This document shows, piece after piece, positions 26,107 to 34,598 of a stretch of 36,468 nucleotides of DNA; position 1 is the stretch's first letter, and every line of letters begins with the position of its first letter. The stretch comes from Bacillota bacterium (lineage in GTDB: Bacteria; Bacillota; Clostridia; Peptostreptococcales; Anaerovoracaceae). The notes under the pieces were generated by a model. The model did not search any database and had not been told where the DNA came from. It saw only the letters and a program-made list of their open reading frames with translations. The stretch is taken from contig JAUNQK010000004.1 in assembly GCA_030536235.1 (NCBI GenBank), positions 1 to 36,468 of the forward strand, written 5' to 3'. The position numbers were made by a program, and so were the translations under genes.

Positions 26107-27344
26107 TGCTTCCTTATATCGCAATAATTATTTGTTTATTCTTCTCGGCTTTATTTTCCGGGGCAGAGATTGCTTACGCTTCTGCAAGTGAGGTTAAGCT
26201 TAGAAAAACAAATGCAAAGAGAGCTCATAATATCTTTGTAAATTATGAGACTGCTTTAATAAGCATACTTGTTGGTAATAACTTAGTAAATATCGCTTCA
26301 TCAGCACTGGCAACAGTGATTGCAATTTCGCTTCTTGGCGAAAATGGTGCATGGCTTGCCAGCATAATTATGACAATTGTCATAATTATCTTTGGAGAGA
26401 TTAGCCCTAAGCTTATTGCAAATAAGAACCCGGAAGGCTTTGCAAAACTTGTTGCATGGCCGATTAGTATTTGGATGATTATTACTAAGCCTGTAGTAAT
26501 CTTCGCAAATGCTTTTGTAAAACTTGTATCTAACCTTTGGAGAAAACAGGTTGTAGATGATGCTGTAACAGAAGACGATTTAGAAACTATTTTCGATACT
26601 ATCGAAGAAGAAGGTGTCGTTGATGAAGAAACAGCAGATTTATTCCAGGGAACATTAGATTTCGATGACACTCCTGTTTATGAAATAATTACTCCAAGAG
26701 TAGATATGATGGCCATCGACATCGATGATAGTAATGAGGCTAATCTTGAAAAAATCTTAAAATGCAAGTTTAGCAGACTTCCTGTTTATAGAGAAACACC
26801 AGATCATATTGTTGGTATGCTTCATACAACTCAGGTCTTAAGAGATTTGGCAGCTGGCGACGATCTGAATATTCAGGAAATGATGATGGAGGCGCATTTT
26901 GCATATAAGACGACTCCTCTAGCCGATGTTTTTGAGTTAATGCAAAAGACATCATGCCATATGGTAATCGTTACAGATGAATATGGCGGAACCATGGGAT
27001 TTGTTACTATGGAAGATGTTTTAGAGCAGCTGGTTGGAGAAATCTTTGATGAAAAGGATGTTGTAGACGAAGAATTTGTCGAACTTTCAGAGGATAAATT
27101 CGAGGTTGATGGAGACATGCGCCTTGAAGACTTCTTTGACGAACTTGATATGGACGACGAAGAAGATGAAATAGGTGATGATAATGCAACCATCGGTGGA
27201 TGGGCTATGGAAAAAATTGAAGGTTATCCAAAGCTTGGTGATACCTTTGATTACAAGAATCTTCACTTTGAAATAACAGAATGTGAAGAAATGAGAGTAT
27301 TAACACTTAGTGTTATTGTAAATGATAATAATCAGTTATCGTAA
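26106..27344 (+). CDS. CNNM/DUF21 + CBS-pair + CorC_HlyC protein (CorC/hemolysin family, putative Mg2+/divalent cation efflux)
   Basis: GTG start overlaps the TAG of the previous gene. Motifs AEIAYASASEVKL, GEISPKLIA, a CBS pair, then a C-terminal transporter-associated domain (ATIGGWAMEKIEGYPKLGDTFDY). Confidence 0.85.
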   Translation: MLPYIAIIICLFFSALFSGAEIAYASASEVKLRKTNAKRAHNIFVNYETALISILVGNNLVNIASSALATVIAISLLGENGAWLASIIMTIVIIIFGEISPKLIANKNPEGFAKLVAWPISIWMIITKPVVIFANAFVKLVSNLWRKQVVDDAVTEDDLETIFDTIEEEGVVDEETADLFQGTLDFDDTPVYEIITPRVDMMAIDIDDSNEANLEKILKCKFSRLPVYRETPDHIVGMLHTTQVLRDLAAGDDLNIQEMMMEAHFAYKTTPLADVFELMQKTSCHMVIVTDEYGGTMGFVTMEDVLEQLVGEIFDEKDVVDEEFVELSEDKFEVDGDMRLEDFFDELDMDDEEDEIGDDNATIGGWAMEKIEGYPKLGDTFDYKNLHFEITECEEMRVLTLSVIVNDNNQLS

Positions 27345-27359
27345 TATACGAGGTATGCG

Positions 27360-28448
27360 ATGAAAGAACTTAAATGCCCAAATTGCGGAACAGTATTTCA
27401 AATTGATGAAGCAGAATATGCTTCTATCGCAAAGCAAGTTAGGGACAAAGAATTTAAGAAAGAGCTTGAAGCTGCACAAAGCGCCAAGGAAAGTGAGATT
27501 AAACTTGCTGTCATGGAAGCTTTAGAGGAAAAGAACGAAGTTCTTTCGCAGCAGAGAGAAGAGATGCTCTCTCTTGAGAATCAGCTTGAAAGTAAAGACC
27601 TTGAACAAGAACTGGCAGTAAAGTCTTTAAAAGAAACTTATGAAGCCAAGCTTAAGATGAAAGAAGAAGAGGTTGCTTATTATAAAGACCTTAAAGCAAA
27701 ACTTTCAACAAAAGCAATAGGCGAGAGTCTTGAAAAACATTGCGAAATGGAATTTAACAAGATTCGTAGTGCAGGTTTTAAGAATGCATACTTTGAAAAA
27801 GATAACGAAGTGTCTAAAGCTTCTGGGTCGAAAGGTGATTACATTTTTAGAGACTATACAGATGATGGCTTGGAATACATTTCAATTATGTTTGAGATGA
27901 AGAACGAAGCGGACACTACTGCAACAAAGAAGACAAATGAGCACTTCTTTAAAGAACTCGATAAGGATAGAAATGAGAAAGGCTGCGAATATGCAGTGTT
28001 GGTATCACTTCTTGAGCCTGACAACGATCTTTATAATGATGGCATAGTAGATGTGTCATATAAATATGATAAGATGTATGTTATTAGACCGCAGTTCTTT
28101 ATTCCTATGATTACTATTCTTAGAAATGCTGCGCAAAATAGTTTGCAGTATAAAAGAGAATTAGCAATTACAAAGGCTCAAAACATTGATATAACAAATT
28201 TTGAAGCCGAAATGAACGAGTTTAAAGAAAAGTTCGGAAGAAACTATAGAATTGCCAGTGAAAAATTTACAACTGCAATTGATGAAATAGATAAGTCTAT
28301 TGAGCATTTACAAAAAATAAAAGATGCACTTACAGGTGCAGAAAGAAATTTAAGACTTGCTAATGATAAAGCTGAAGATCTTAGCATTAAAAAACTGACT
28401 AAAAACAATCCAACAATGAAAGCAAAGTTTGACGCATTAGAAAAATAG
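27360..28448 (+). CDS. DUF2130 family protein (zinc ribbon + coiled coil + putative PD-(D/E)xK domain)
   Basis: [23 protein letters not shown] is the characteristic DUF2130 N-terminus. A long K/E-rich heptad region follows. GD(160)...FE(179)MK(181) is a nuclease-like motif. Confidence 0.75.
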   Translation: MKELKCPNCGTVFQIDEAEYASIAKQVRDKEFKKELEAAQSAKESEIKLAVMEALEEKNEVLSQQREEMLSLENQLESKDLEQELAVKSLKETYEAKLKMKEEEVAYYKDLKAKLSTKAIGESLEKHCEMEFNKIRSAGFKNAYFEKDNEVSKASGSKGDYIFRDYTDDGLEYISIMFEMKNEADTTATKKTNEHFFKELDKDRNEKGCEYAVLVSLLEPDNDLYNDGIVDVSYKYDKMYVIRPQFFIPMITILRNAAQNSLQYKRELAITKAQNIDITNFEAEMNEFKEKFGRNYRIASEKFTTAIDEIDKSIEHLQKIKDALTGAERNLRLANDKAEDLSIKKLTKNNPTMKAKFDALEK

Positions 28449-28460
28449 TTTATTCAAAGT

Positions 28461-29786
28461 ATGATAATTGATAGCGTAAGTTTTATATTTAGATTGCTTC
28501 CATTTTTCCTTATCTTTTTCGCTCTGTTTAAGGAAAACTATAGAAAGCCATTAATATTGTGTACAAGTTTATTAATTTGTTCTTGGGGAAGCTTCAAGAG
28601 CTTACTTTTGCTGTTAGTATTTATTCTTGCAAGTTGGCTGTTTGGGCAGCTTATTCCAAAGAATAAAAATTATTTCTATGCATCATTAGGCTTTGATGTT
28701 ATTTTCCTTTGCTTTTTTAAATTCATTGGGCTTAACGGTGCTCTGCCACTTGGAATATCATATTATGTTCTAAGCGGAATGTCTTACTTAATTGATCTTT
28801 GTAGAGGCGATGTAGACCCTAACCAGTCTTTATATAATACCGCCTTTTATTTAGCATTCTTCCCAAAACTAATCATGGGGCCTTTTGTTAAATATAAAGA
28901 TTTTGAAACACAAATTGACAATCCTATTGTTGATGCTAAAAAAGTCTCTGATGGCCTGCTTCGATTCTCTATTGGCCTTGCAAAAAAACTCGCAATAGCA
29001 GGCAGCTTGGCAGAGATGACTGCAAAGTGCTGGGAAGATGCTCCTTTTAGTGGCGCATCTGCATGGCTTGGTGTTATTAGTTTTGCACTGCAACTTTATT
29101 ATGATTTCTCTGGATATTCTGATATGGCCATTGGGCTTGCAAAAGTTTGCGGGTTCAAAATAAGGGAAAACTTCAATTATCCTATGGAATCAGCCTCATT
29201 AAAAGAGTTCTGGTCTAAATGGCATATTTCTCTTGGCGAATGGTTTAAAGATTATATTTATTTTCCTCTTGGCGGAAACAGAAGGGGTGAATTAAGAACA
29301 TACATTAACTTATTGTTGGTATGGCTTGTTACCGGTTTTTGGCATGGCAACGGATTAAATTATATTCTTTGGGGATTATTCATCTTTATCTTTGCTAGCC
29401 TTGAGAAGAAGTTTACCAATTTCTTAGGCAAGGTTCCAAATGGAATAAGAATTGTTTTTACAAACCTTATTGTTTTAATTGGTTGGGCATTTTTTAATTC
29501 GGGTAGTATTCCGGCTGCATTTAATTACATCGGATATATGTTTGGTGGGGCAGCAGCTGCTGGTGATGCTATATCAAGCTTGTATTTTACTCGCTTTATT
29601 GATTTATTAGTATTAGCTATTCTTGGCGTAACACATCTTCCAAAGCAATGTGCTTTAGATATTTTTGACGAAGAAAAGCCTTGGACAGTTGTGTTTAAAT
29701 GTATATTTATTATTGGTTTGTTGGGTGTATCCACTGCAAGTATTATTATCAATGGTTATACTCCTTTTATCTATGCAGGGTTCTAG
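28461..29786 (+). CDS. MBOAT-family O-acyltransferase (AlgI/DltB/PatA-like)
   Basis: Polytopic protein with FWSKWHISLGEWFKDYIYFPLGGNRRG and the TGFWHG catalytic His region. Confidence 0.85.
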   Translation: MIIDSVSFIFRLLPFFLIFFALFKENYRKPLILCTSLLICSWGSFKSLLLLLVFILASWLFGQLIPKNKNYFYASLGFDVIFLCFFKFIGLNGALPLGISYYVLSGMSYLIDLCRGDVDPNQSLYNTAFYLAFFPKLIMGPFVKYKDFETQIDNPIVDAKKVSDGLLRFSIGLAKKLAIAGSLAEMTAKCWEDAPFSGASAWLGVISFALQLYYDFSGYSDMAIGLAKVCGFKIRENFNYPMESASLKEFWSKWHISLGEWFKDYIYFPLGGNRRGELRTYINLLLVWLVTGFWHGNGLNYILWGLFIFIFASLEKKFTNFLGKVPNGIRIVFTNLIVLIGWAFFNSGSIPAAFNYIGYMFGGAAAAGDAISSLYFTRFIDLLVLAILGVTHLPKQCALDIFDEEKPWTVVFKCIFIIGLLGVSTASIIINGYTPFIYAGF

Positions 29787-29795
29787 GAGGTAGCT

Positions 29796-30971
29796 ATGAA
29801 TAATAAGAAATTATACACATATCCAATAATAGCTTCATTCATGGCTTTCATTTTGGTAGTAATGATTATTTCGTTATTTACAAAGCCTGCAGAATATAGC
29901 AACAAGGAAAATCGCGAGCTTGCGCAAAAGCCGTCTATTTTTGCGAGCACCAGTTTTGATCAGTTTACAAATGATATGGATGCTTTCCTTATTGATCAAT
30001 TCCCACTTAGAAATAATGTTATTGAAGCTCAACAAGAAACACTTCTTTCTGCCGGAGAAGATGTTGTTATCGGAGACCTTTATGTATTAGCTGACGATTA
30101 TATTTTCTGCCATACACATGTGACACAGTCTGAAGAAGTTGTCGCAAGAGCAGAGGCTATAGCCGCAAAGAGAGAAGAACTTGGAATTCCTTTCTATTAT
30201 AATATTGTTCCTCAGAAGAATTTATTATTCGCCGATATAGAAGAAATGATTGATGCTGGTGTAGACCAGGCAGATGTTGATCTTACTTTGTCGATATTAG
30301 AAGAATACAATATTCCTGTTATAAACACTTGCAAGTATTTCCAATCATTAGATATGGAAGAAATAGAAAAGAGCTATTATAAGACAGATTACCACTGGAA
30401 TAATTATGGGGCTTATAATGCTTCTGAATTTTTAATTAAGAATCTTGCAAATCAGCATGTAATAAATAAGACTGCAGTTCCTGTTAAAGAAGATTTTGTA
30501 TGGACAGATTTAACCGGAAGAAAATATCTCGGAGATCTTCGTAAACAAGTTTCATTAGAAGTTAATGTTGAAGAATATCTTCCGGTTTACACTCCTGTTA
30601 ATGCAGCAGACTTGAAATACTATACTGATTTTTCAGACAATGAAGTACCAAGAGATACAATAATCTTTGCCGGAAAAGATGATGAGGTTCTTGAATACAA
30701 CAGATTGAATTGTGATAATCCTTCATACCTTCGTGTTGAAAATCCATTCGCTATCGAAGATAAACATGTGCTAATTATTCGTGATAGCTTCGAATGTGCT
30801 ATGAGAGATTATTTAAGCACTATTTTTACAGAAATCAATGTTGTAGACCCACGTCATTCTACTGCTCCTGATTTTGATAAAATTATTGAAGAAAGAGATA
30901 TAGACATGGTGCTTATTATTTATCACAACAGCACTATGGGTGATTATATCGAAAAATATTTAATGAAATAA
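29796..30971 (+). CDS. DHHW/AlgJ-AlgX-like (SGNH-type) extracytoplasmic acyltransferase partner
   Basis: N-terminal TM anchor. YYKTDYHWNNYGAY matches the D-x-H-W active-site motif of DHHW/AlgJ proteins. SD AGGAGGT. Immediately downstream of the MBOAT gene. Confidence 0.75.
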   Translation: MNNKKLYTYPIIASFMAFILVVMIISLFTKPAEYSNKENRELAQKPSIFASTSFDQFTNDMDAFLIDQFPLRNNVIEAQQETLLSAGEDVVIGDLYVLADDYIFCHTHVTQSEEVVARAEAIAAKREELGIPFYYNIVPQKNLLFADIEEMIDAGVDQADVDLTLSILEEYNIPVINTCKYFQSLDMEEIEKSYYKTDYHWNNYGAYNASEFLIKNLANQHVINKTAVPVKEDFVWTDLTGRKYLGDLRKQVSLEVNVEEYLPVYTPVNAADLKYYTDFSDNEVPRDTIIFAGKDDEVLEYNRLNCDNPSYLRVENPFAIEDKHVLIIRDSFECAMRDYLSTIFTEINVVDPRHSTAPDFDKIIEERDIDMVLIIYHNSTMGDYIEKYLMK

Positions 30972-30974
30972 AAT

Positions 30975-30998
30975 AGCGAGCCATTCGGCTCGCTTTTA
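30975..30998. terminator. bidirectional intrinsic terminator between convergent genes
   Basis: Stem AGCGAGCC / GGCTCGCT with loop ATTC, flanked by A-rich (30965-74) and T-rich (30995-98) tracts. Confidence 0.7.
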
Positions 30999-33533
30999 TA
31001 TTAGTTTTACTATATCTTTAAACTTAGTTTTTTCCGGAGCATTTTCTTCTAAAATTCTTCGAATTTCTTTTATGGCTTGATTGACTTCATATTCGAGCTC
31101 TCGGTTAGACATTCTAAGAAGCCCGGCTCTTAAAGCACTAAGCTGTATAAGGCCATCTGATGTCGCAACCTTTACTGAATAGTTTTTGCCTATTTCGTGA
31201 GCAAGGCTTTCGATATATGCGTCGGCGCTTTCACCTTCTTTTGTGTAAACAACATGAATGCCATGGTCATCTTCTTTAGTGCCCAGATTATCTTTAACCT
31301 TATAGCCATCAAATACCAAACATACCTCACAATCTTTATATGCTCTGTAGTTAATAAGCATATCAATTAGTTTTTGCCTTGCGTTTGCAATTTTTTCTTC
31401 TTTAAGGCTTTCCCATGCAAAGATAATGTTATAACCATCTACTATTAAGTATTCTTTTTTAATAGTAGTTTGTTTCTTTTTATAGTTTCCGCCAAAGTCT
31501 ACTGTTACACTTGCAATCTGAGGTCTTTTGATTTCGCCAAACTCTCTTTGCATAATTGCCTCGAGCTCTTTTTCGTCAAAATCTATATTGCCACTTCTAA
31601 CTTTTGGTGCATGCAGCACTTCGAGTTTGTCATCTTTTATTTCGATTCCGCTATCAAGATGAACAAAATCAGGAACCTTATTCCACTTTACATTGACTCC
31701 GGCACCATGAGAACAGAATACTGAATCTGCTGTGTTTTCTACATCACGATCTGCCTCGTAAGCTATTTCTTCTAAGACTTTTGCTGTGTTGTGGCAAGGG
31801 AAGTAACCTGCAAATGTGCAAGAAATATGGCCTCTACCTTTTGTGTAAGAAAGTAAATCTGTTAAGTATAATTGAAGTTCTGAAACAGGGCCGGCGCCAA
31901 CAAGTTCAATTGTGTCTCCTAAATCAATTGGGGCCTCGAAGCTGCAAGACATAGCCTTGCAATCGCTAATAGCGCGGCCAATATATTCTGATGGAACATC
32001 GAGGGTAAAATCGTAATAAGGTTCAAGCAGAATATTTTGCGCAGACATAAGACCTTGTCTAACTGCGCGATATGTTGCCTGTCTAAAGTCTCCGCCTTCG
32101 GTGTGTTTTAGATGAGCACGTCCAGCGATAAGACTAATTTTCATATCGGTAATAGGAGAACCTGTTAAAACACCAAGGTGGGTTTTCTCTGCTAAATTTG
32201 TAAGGACAAGCCTTTGCCAATTCAAATCAAGATCATCTGTGCTGCAAGCTGATGTGAAAATTAATCCGGTGCCTGGTTCGAGTGGCTCCATTAAGAGATG
32301 AACTTCTGCGTAGTGTCTTAATGGTTCGAAATGCCCCATGCCGATAATAGGTTCTGCAATTGTTTCTTTATAAACAATTTTACCTTTATCAATTTCGACG
32401 TCCATATTGTAACGTTCGGAAATTAATTCTTTTAATACATCAATTTGAACCTCGCCCATTAATTGTGCTTCTATTTGCTTAAGCTGGCTATTCCAAACGA
32501 TGCGAAGCATAGGGTCTTCTTCTGCTAAGAGATTTAATTTTTGCATAGCAGTAAAATTATCAACGCCATTAGGCGGAATAATTCTGTAAGATAATACCGG
32601 CTCAAGAATTGGAAGGTCGCCATCGTTTTCTGCACCAAGGCCTTGCCCTGCATCTGTGTTATTTAAACCTGTAAGTGCGTAAACACTGCCGGCTTCGGCT
32701 TTATCTACTGCAGAAAATTTTACGCCAGAATATGAGCGAATTTGCGTAATCTTTTCTTCGCCAATTAGGTCTCTTGGCGCAAGAGTGCCTCCTGTAAGTT
32801 TAATCCAAGTTAAACGAACGCCATCATCGGCATGTGTAATTTTATATACTTTTGCTTTAAATTCATTAGGATAGTTTCTGACCTTGGTATAAGTTTTTAG
32901 TCCATTTAAAAACTTATCTACACCTTGAAGCTTTAAAGCAGAACCTTTAAAACATGGGAAAAGTTTTCTTTTTAAGATAAGGTCTTGAATGGTTTCTGTT
33001 TTTAATGAACCGGTTTCAAGATATTCAGAAATTGCATCTTCGTCTAATTCTGCAATCTGTTCATAATTGATATTATTAAAGTCAACAAAGCCAGTCTTGA
33101 AATGAAGGTTAAGTTCACTCAAAACGTCTTTGTCTGTCAAATCCATTTTATTGATCCATACAAATGTTGGGATATGGTAACGTTTTAGTAGATCCCAAAG
33201 GGTTTGGGTATGCGCCTGAATTCCGTCTGGCCCACTAATAACAAGGATGGCATAGTCTAAAACTGAAAGGGTTCGCTCCATTTCGGCTGAAAAATCCATG
33301 TGCCCTGGGGTGTCAAGAAGGTTAATCTCTAAATCGTCAATATCAAAAATAGCCTGCTTTGAAAAGATAGTAATCCCACGCTGTCTTTCAATCAGGAAAT
33401 TGTCTAAATAAGCATCTTTATGGTCAACACGGCCTAAATTCTTGATTTTGCCGCTCTTGAAAAGCATAGCTTCGCTCATTGTTGTTTTCCCTGCATCAAC
33501 ATGAGCAAGTATGCCAATTACATTTCGTTTCAT
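30996..33533 (-). CDS. fusion protein: TetM/TetO-like EF-G-family translational GTPase + C-terminal YacP/Rae1-type NYN endoribonuclease domain
   Basis: 845 codons from MKRNVIGILAHVDAGKTT (G1), with ERQRGITI, DTPGH (G3) and NKMD (G4). Similarity to TetM continues through domains II-V to about aa 640. The last ~150 aa (31000-31457) carry LIVDGYNIIFAW, CLVFDG, TKEGESADAYIESLA, VATSD and SNRELEYEV, matching B. subtilis Rae1/YacP. No frameshift or stop between the parts. Confidence 0.85.
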   Translation of the reverse strand: MKRNVIGILAHVDAGKTTMSEAMLFKSGKIKNLGRVDHKDAYLDNFLIERQRGITIFSKQAIFDIDDLEINLLDTPGHMDFSAEMERTLSVLDYAILVISGPDGIQAHTQTLWDLLKRYHIPTFVWINKMDLTDKDVLSELNLHFKTGFVDFNNINYEQIAELDEDAISEYLETGSLKTETIQDLILKRKLFPCFKGSALKLQGVDKFLNGLKTYTKVRNYPNEFKAKVYKITHADDGVRLTWIKLTGGTLAPRDLIGEEKITQIRSYSGVKFSAVDKAEAGSVYALTGLNNTDAGQGLGAENDGDLPILEPVLSYRIIPPNGVDNFTAMQKLNLLAEEDPMLRIVWNSQLKQIEAQLMGEVQIDVLKELISERYNMDVEIDKGKIVYKETIAEPIIGMGHFEPLRHYAEVHLLMEPLEPGTGLIFTSACSTDDLDLNWQRLVLTNLAEKTHLGVLTGSPITDMKISLIAGRAHLKHTEGGDFRQATYRAVRQGLMSAQNILLEPYYDFTLDVPSEYIGRAISDCKAMSCSFEAPIDLGDTIELVGAGPVSELQLYLTDLLSYTKGRGHISCTFAGYFPCHNTAKVLEEIAYEADRDVENTADSVFCSHGAGVNVKWNKVPDFVHLDSGIEIKDDKLEVLHAPKVRSGNIDFDEKELEAIMQREFGEIKRPQIASVTVDFGGNYKKKQTTIKKEYLIVDGYNIIFAWESLKEEKIANARQKLIDMLINYRAYKDCEVCLVFDGYKVKDNLGTKEDDHGIHVVYTKEGESADAYIESLAHEIGKNYSVKVATSDGLIQLSALRAGLLRMSNRELEYEVNQAIKEIRRILEENAPEKTKFKDIVKLI

Positions 33534-33539
33534 GCTATA

Positions 33540-33548
33540 ATTATACCA
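33540..33548 (-). promoter_or_regulatory. extended -10 box (TGgTATAAT) 6 nt upstream of the GTPase-NYN ATG
   Basis: Minus strand reads tTGGTATAAT, then tatagc, then ATG (33533). No SD. The whole divergent intergenic gap is only 30 bp. Confidence 0.35.
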
Positions 33549-33563
33549 AAGAGGTGACGGCTT

Positions 33564-34586
33564 ATGTTTAATAATTATAATGAAGTTAAAGAAAACGCTA
33601 AAAAAGTTTTGGCCGGAATTTGTTATGTTTGCCCAGAATGCAATGGGCTTGCTTGCGTTGGCAAGGTTCCTGGATGTGGTTCTAAGGGGCACGGCGCAGG
33701 TTTTATTGATTGCAAAAAATACTTAAATTCAATCAAGATTAATATGGATGCTGTTCATGAACATTTCGAAGCTGATACAAGTGTTGAATTGTTTGGGCAC
33801 AAGTTTGATTTACCATTTTGTGCAGGACCGATTGGTGGAATGCAGTTAAATTATGGCGGAAAGCTTGATGAATATGATTATGCGAAGGCTTTAGTAAATG
33901 GTTGTAAGGATAATGGGATATTTGCCTGGACAGGCGATGGCCCAGATGATTTGATTTTTAGAAAACCACTTGCTGCTATAAAAGAAGCCGGCGGAACAGG
34001 TGTTATTGCATTAAAACCATGGGAACAAGAAAAAATATTTGCAAAAATTAAAGAGCTTGAAGACGCTAACCTTATGGCCTTTGGCATGGACGTTGATGCA
34101 GCCGCTTTAATTAATTTAAAGCTTGCTGGAAAACCTGTATATACAAAATCAGAAGCTGAATTAAAGGATATTGCTCAAAGCACAAAGATGCCATTTATCG
34201 TAAAAGGCGTGCTTACCCCTGCTGCTGCTGAAAAATGTGCAAAGGCTGGTTGCTATGGCATTGTTGTTTCTAATCATGGCGGAAGAATTATGGCAGACTC
34301 AGCTGTCCCTGCAAGTATGCTTCAAGAAATTAAAAAAGCAGTTGGAGACAGCCTTAAGATTTTTGTTGATGGCGGAATCAGAAATGGCGCAGATATCTTT
34401 AAGTGCTTAGCACTTGGTGCAGATGAAGTAATTCTTGCAAGACCATTTGTTACTGCTGTCTTTGGAGGCGGAGAAGAAGGCGTTAAATTATTTATTGAAC
34501 AGCTTGCATCTGAATTAAAAGAAACAATGTTAATGACAGATTCAAGAACGATTAAAGATATTACAATAGATAAAATTAGGTTATAG
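33564..34586 (+). CDS. FMN-dependent alpha-hydroxy-acid oxidoreductase-like TIM-barrel protein with an N-terminal Cys cluster
   Basis: VVSNHGGR, DGGIRNGADIFKCLALGAD and FIVKGV are typical of the glycolate/lactate oxidase family. The N-terminus carries C20-x2-C-x2-C-x4-C-x6-C38. SD AGAGGTG. Confidence 0.8.
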   Translation: MFNNYNEVKENAKKVLAGICYVCPECNGLACVGKVPGCGSKGHGAGFIDCKKYLNSIKINMDAVHEHFEADTSVELFGHKFDLPFCAGPIGGMQLNYGGKLDEYDYAKALVNGCKDNGIFAWTGDGPDDLIFRKPLAAIKEAGGTGVIALKPWEQEKIFAKIKELEDANLMAFGMDVDAAALINLKLAGKPVYTKSEAELKDIAQSTKMPFIVKGVLTPAAAEKCAKAGCYGIVVSNHGGRIMADSAVPASMLQEIKKAVGDSLKIFVDGGIRNGADIFKCLALGADEVILARPFVTAVFGGGEEGVKLFIEQLASELKETMLMTDSRTIKDITIDKIRL

Positions 34587-34598
34587 GAGGAATGAACT

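Noticed and set aside
26243-27193. Long antisense ORFs (142 aa, 106 aa, 60-61 aa) inside the second CNNM gene, Ser-rich and low complexity
   Set aside because: They mirror the GAA/GAT-rich acidic coding sequence of the sense strand. They have no SD and no recognisable domain.
33534-33692. 53-codon extension of the GTPase ORF across the divergent FMN-oxidoreductase start
   Set aside because: MKRNVIGILAHVDAGKTT is the canonical start of TetM/EF-G-like GTPases. The extension overlaps the neighbouring gene and its SD on the opposite strand.
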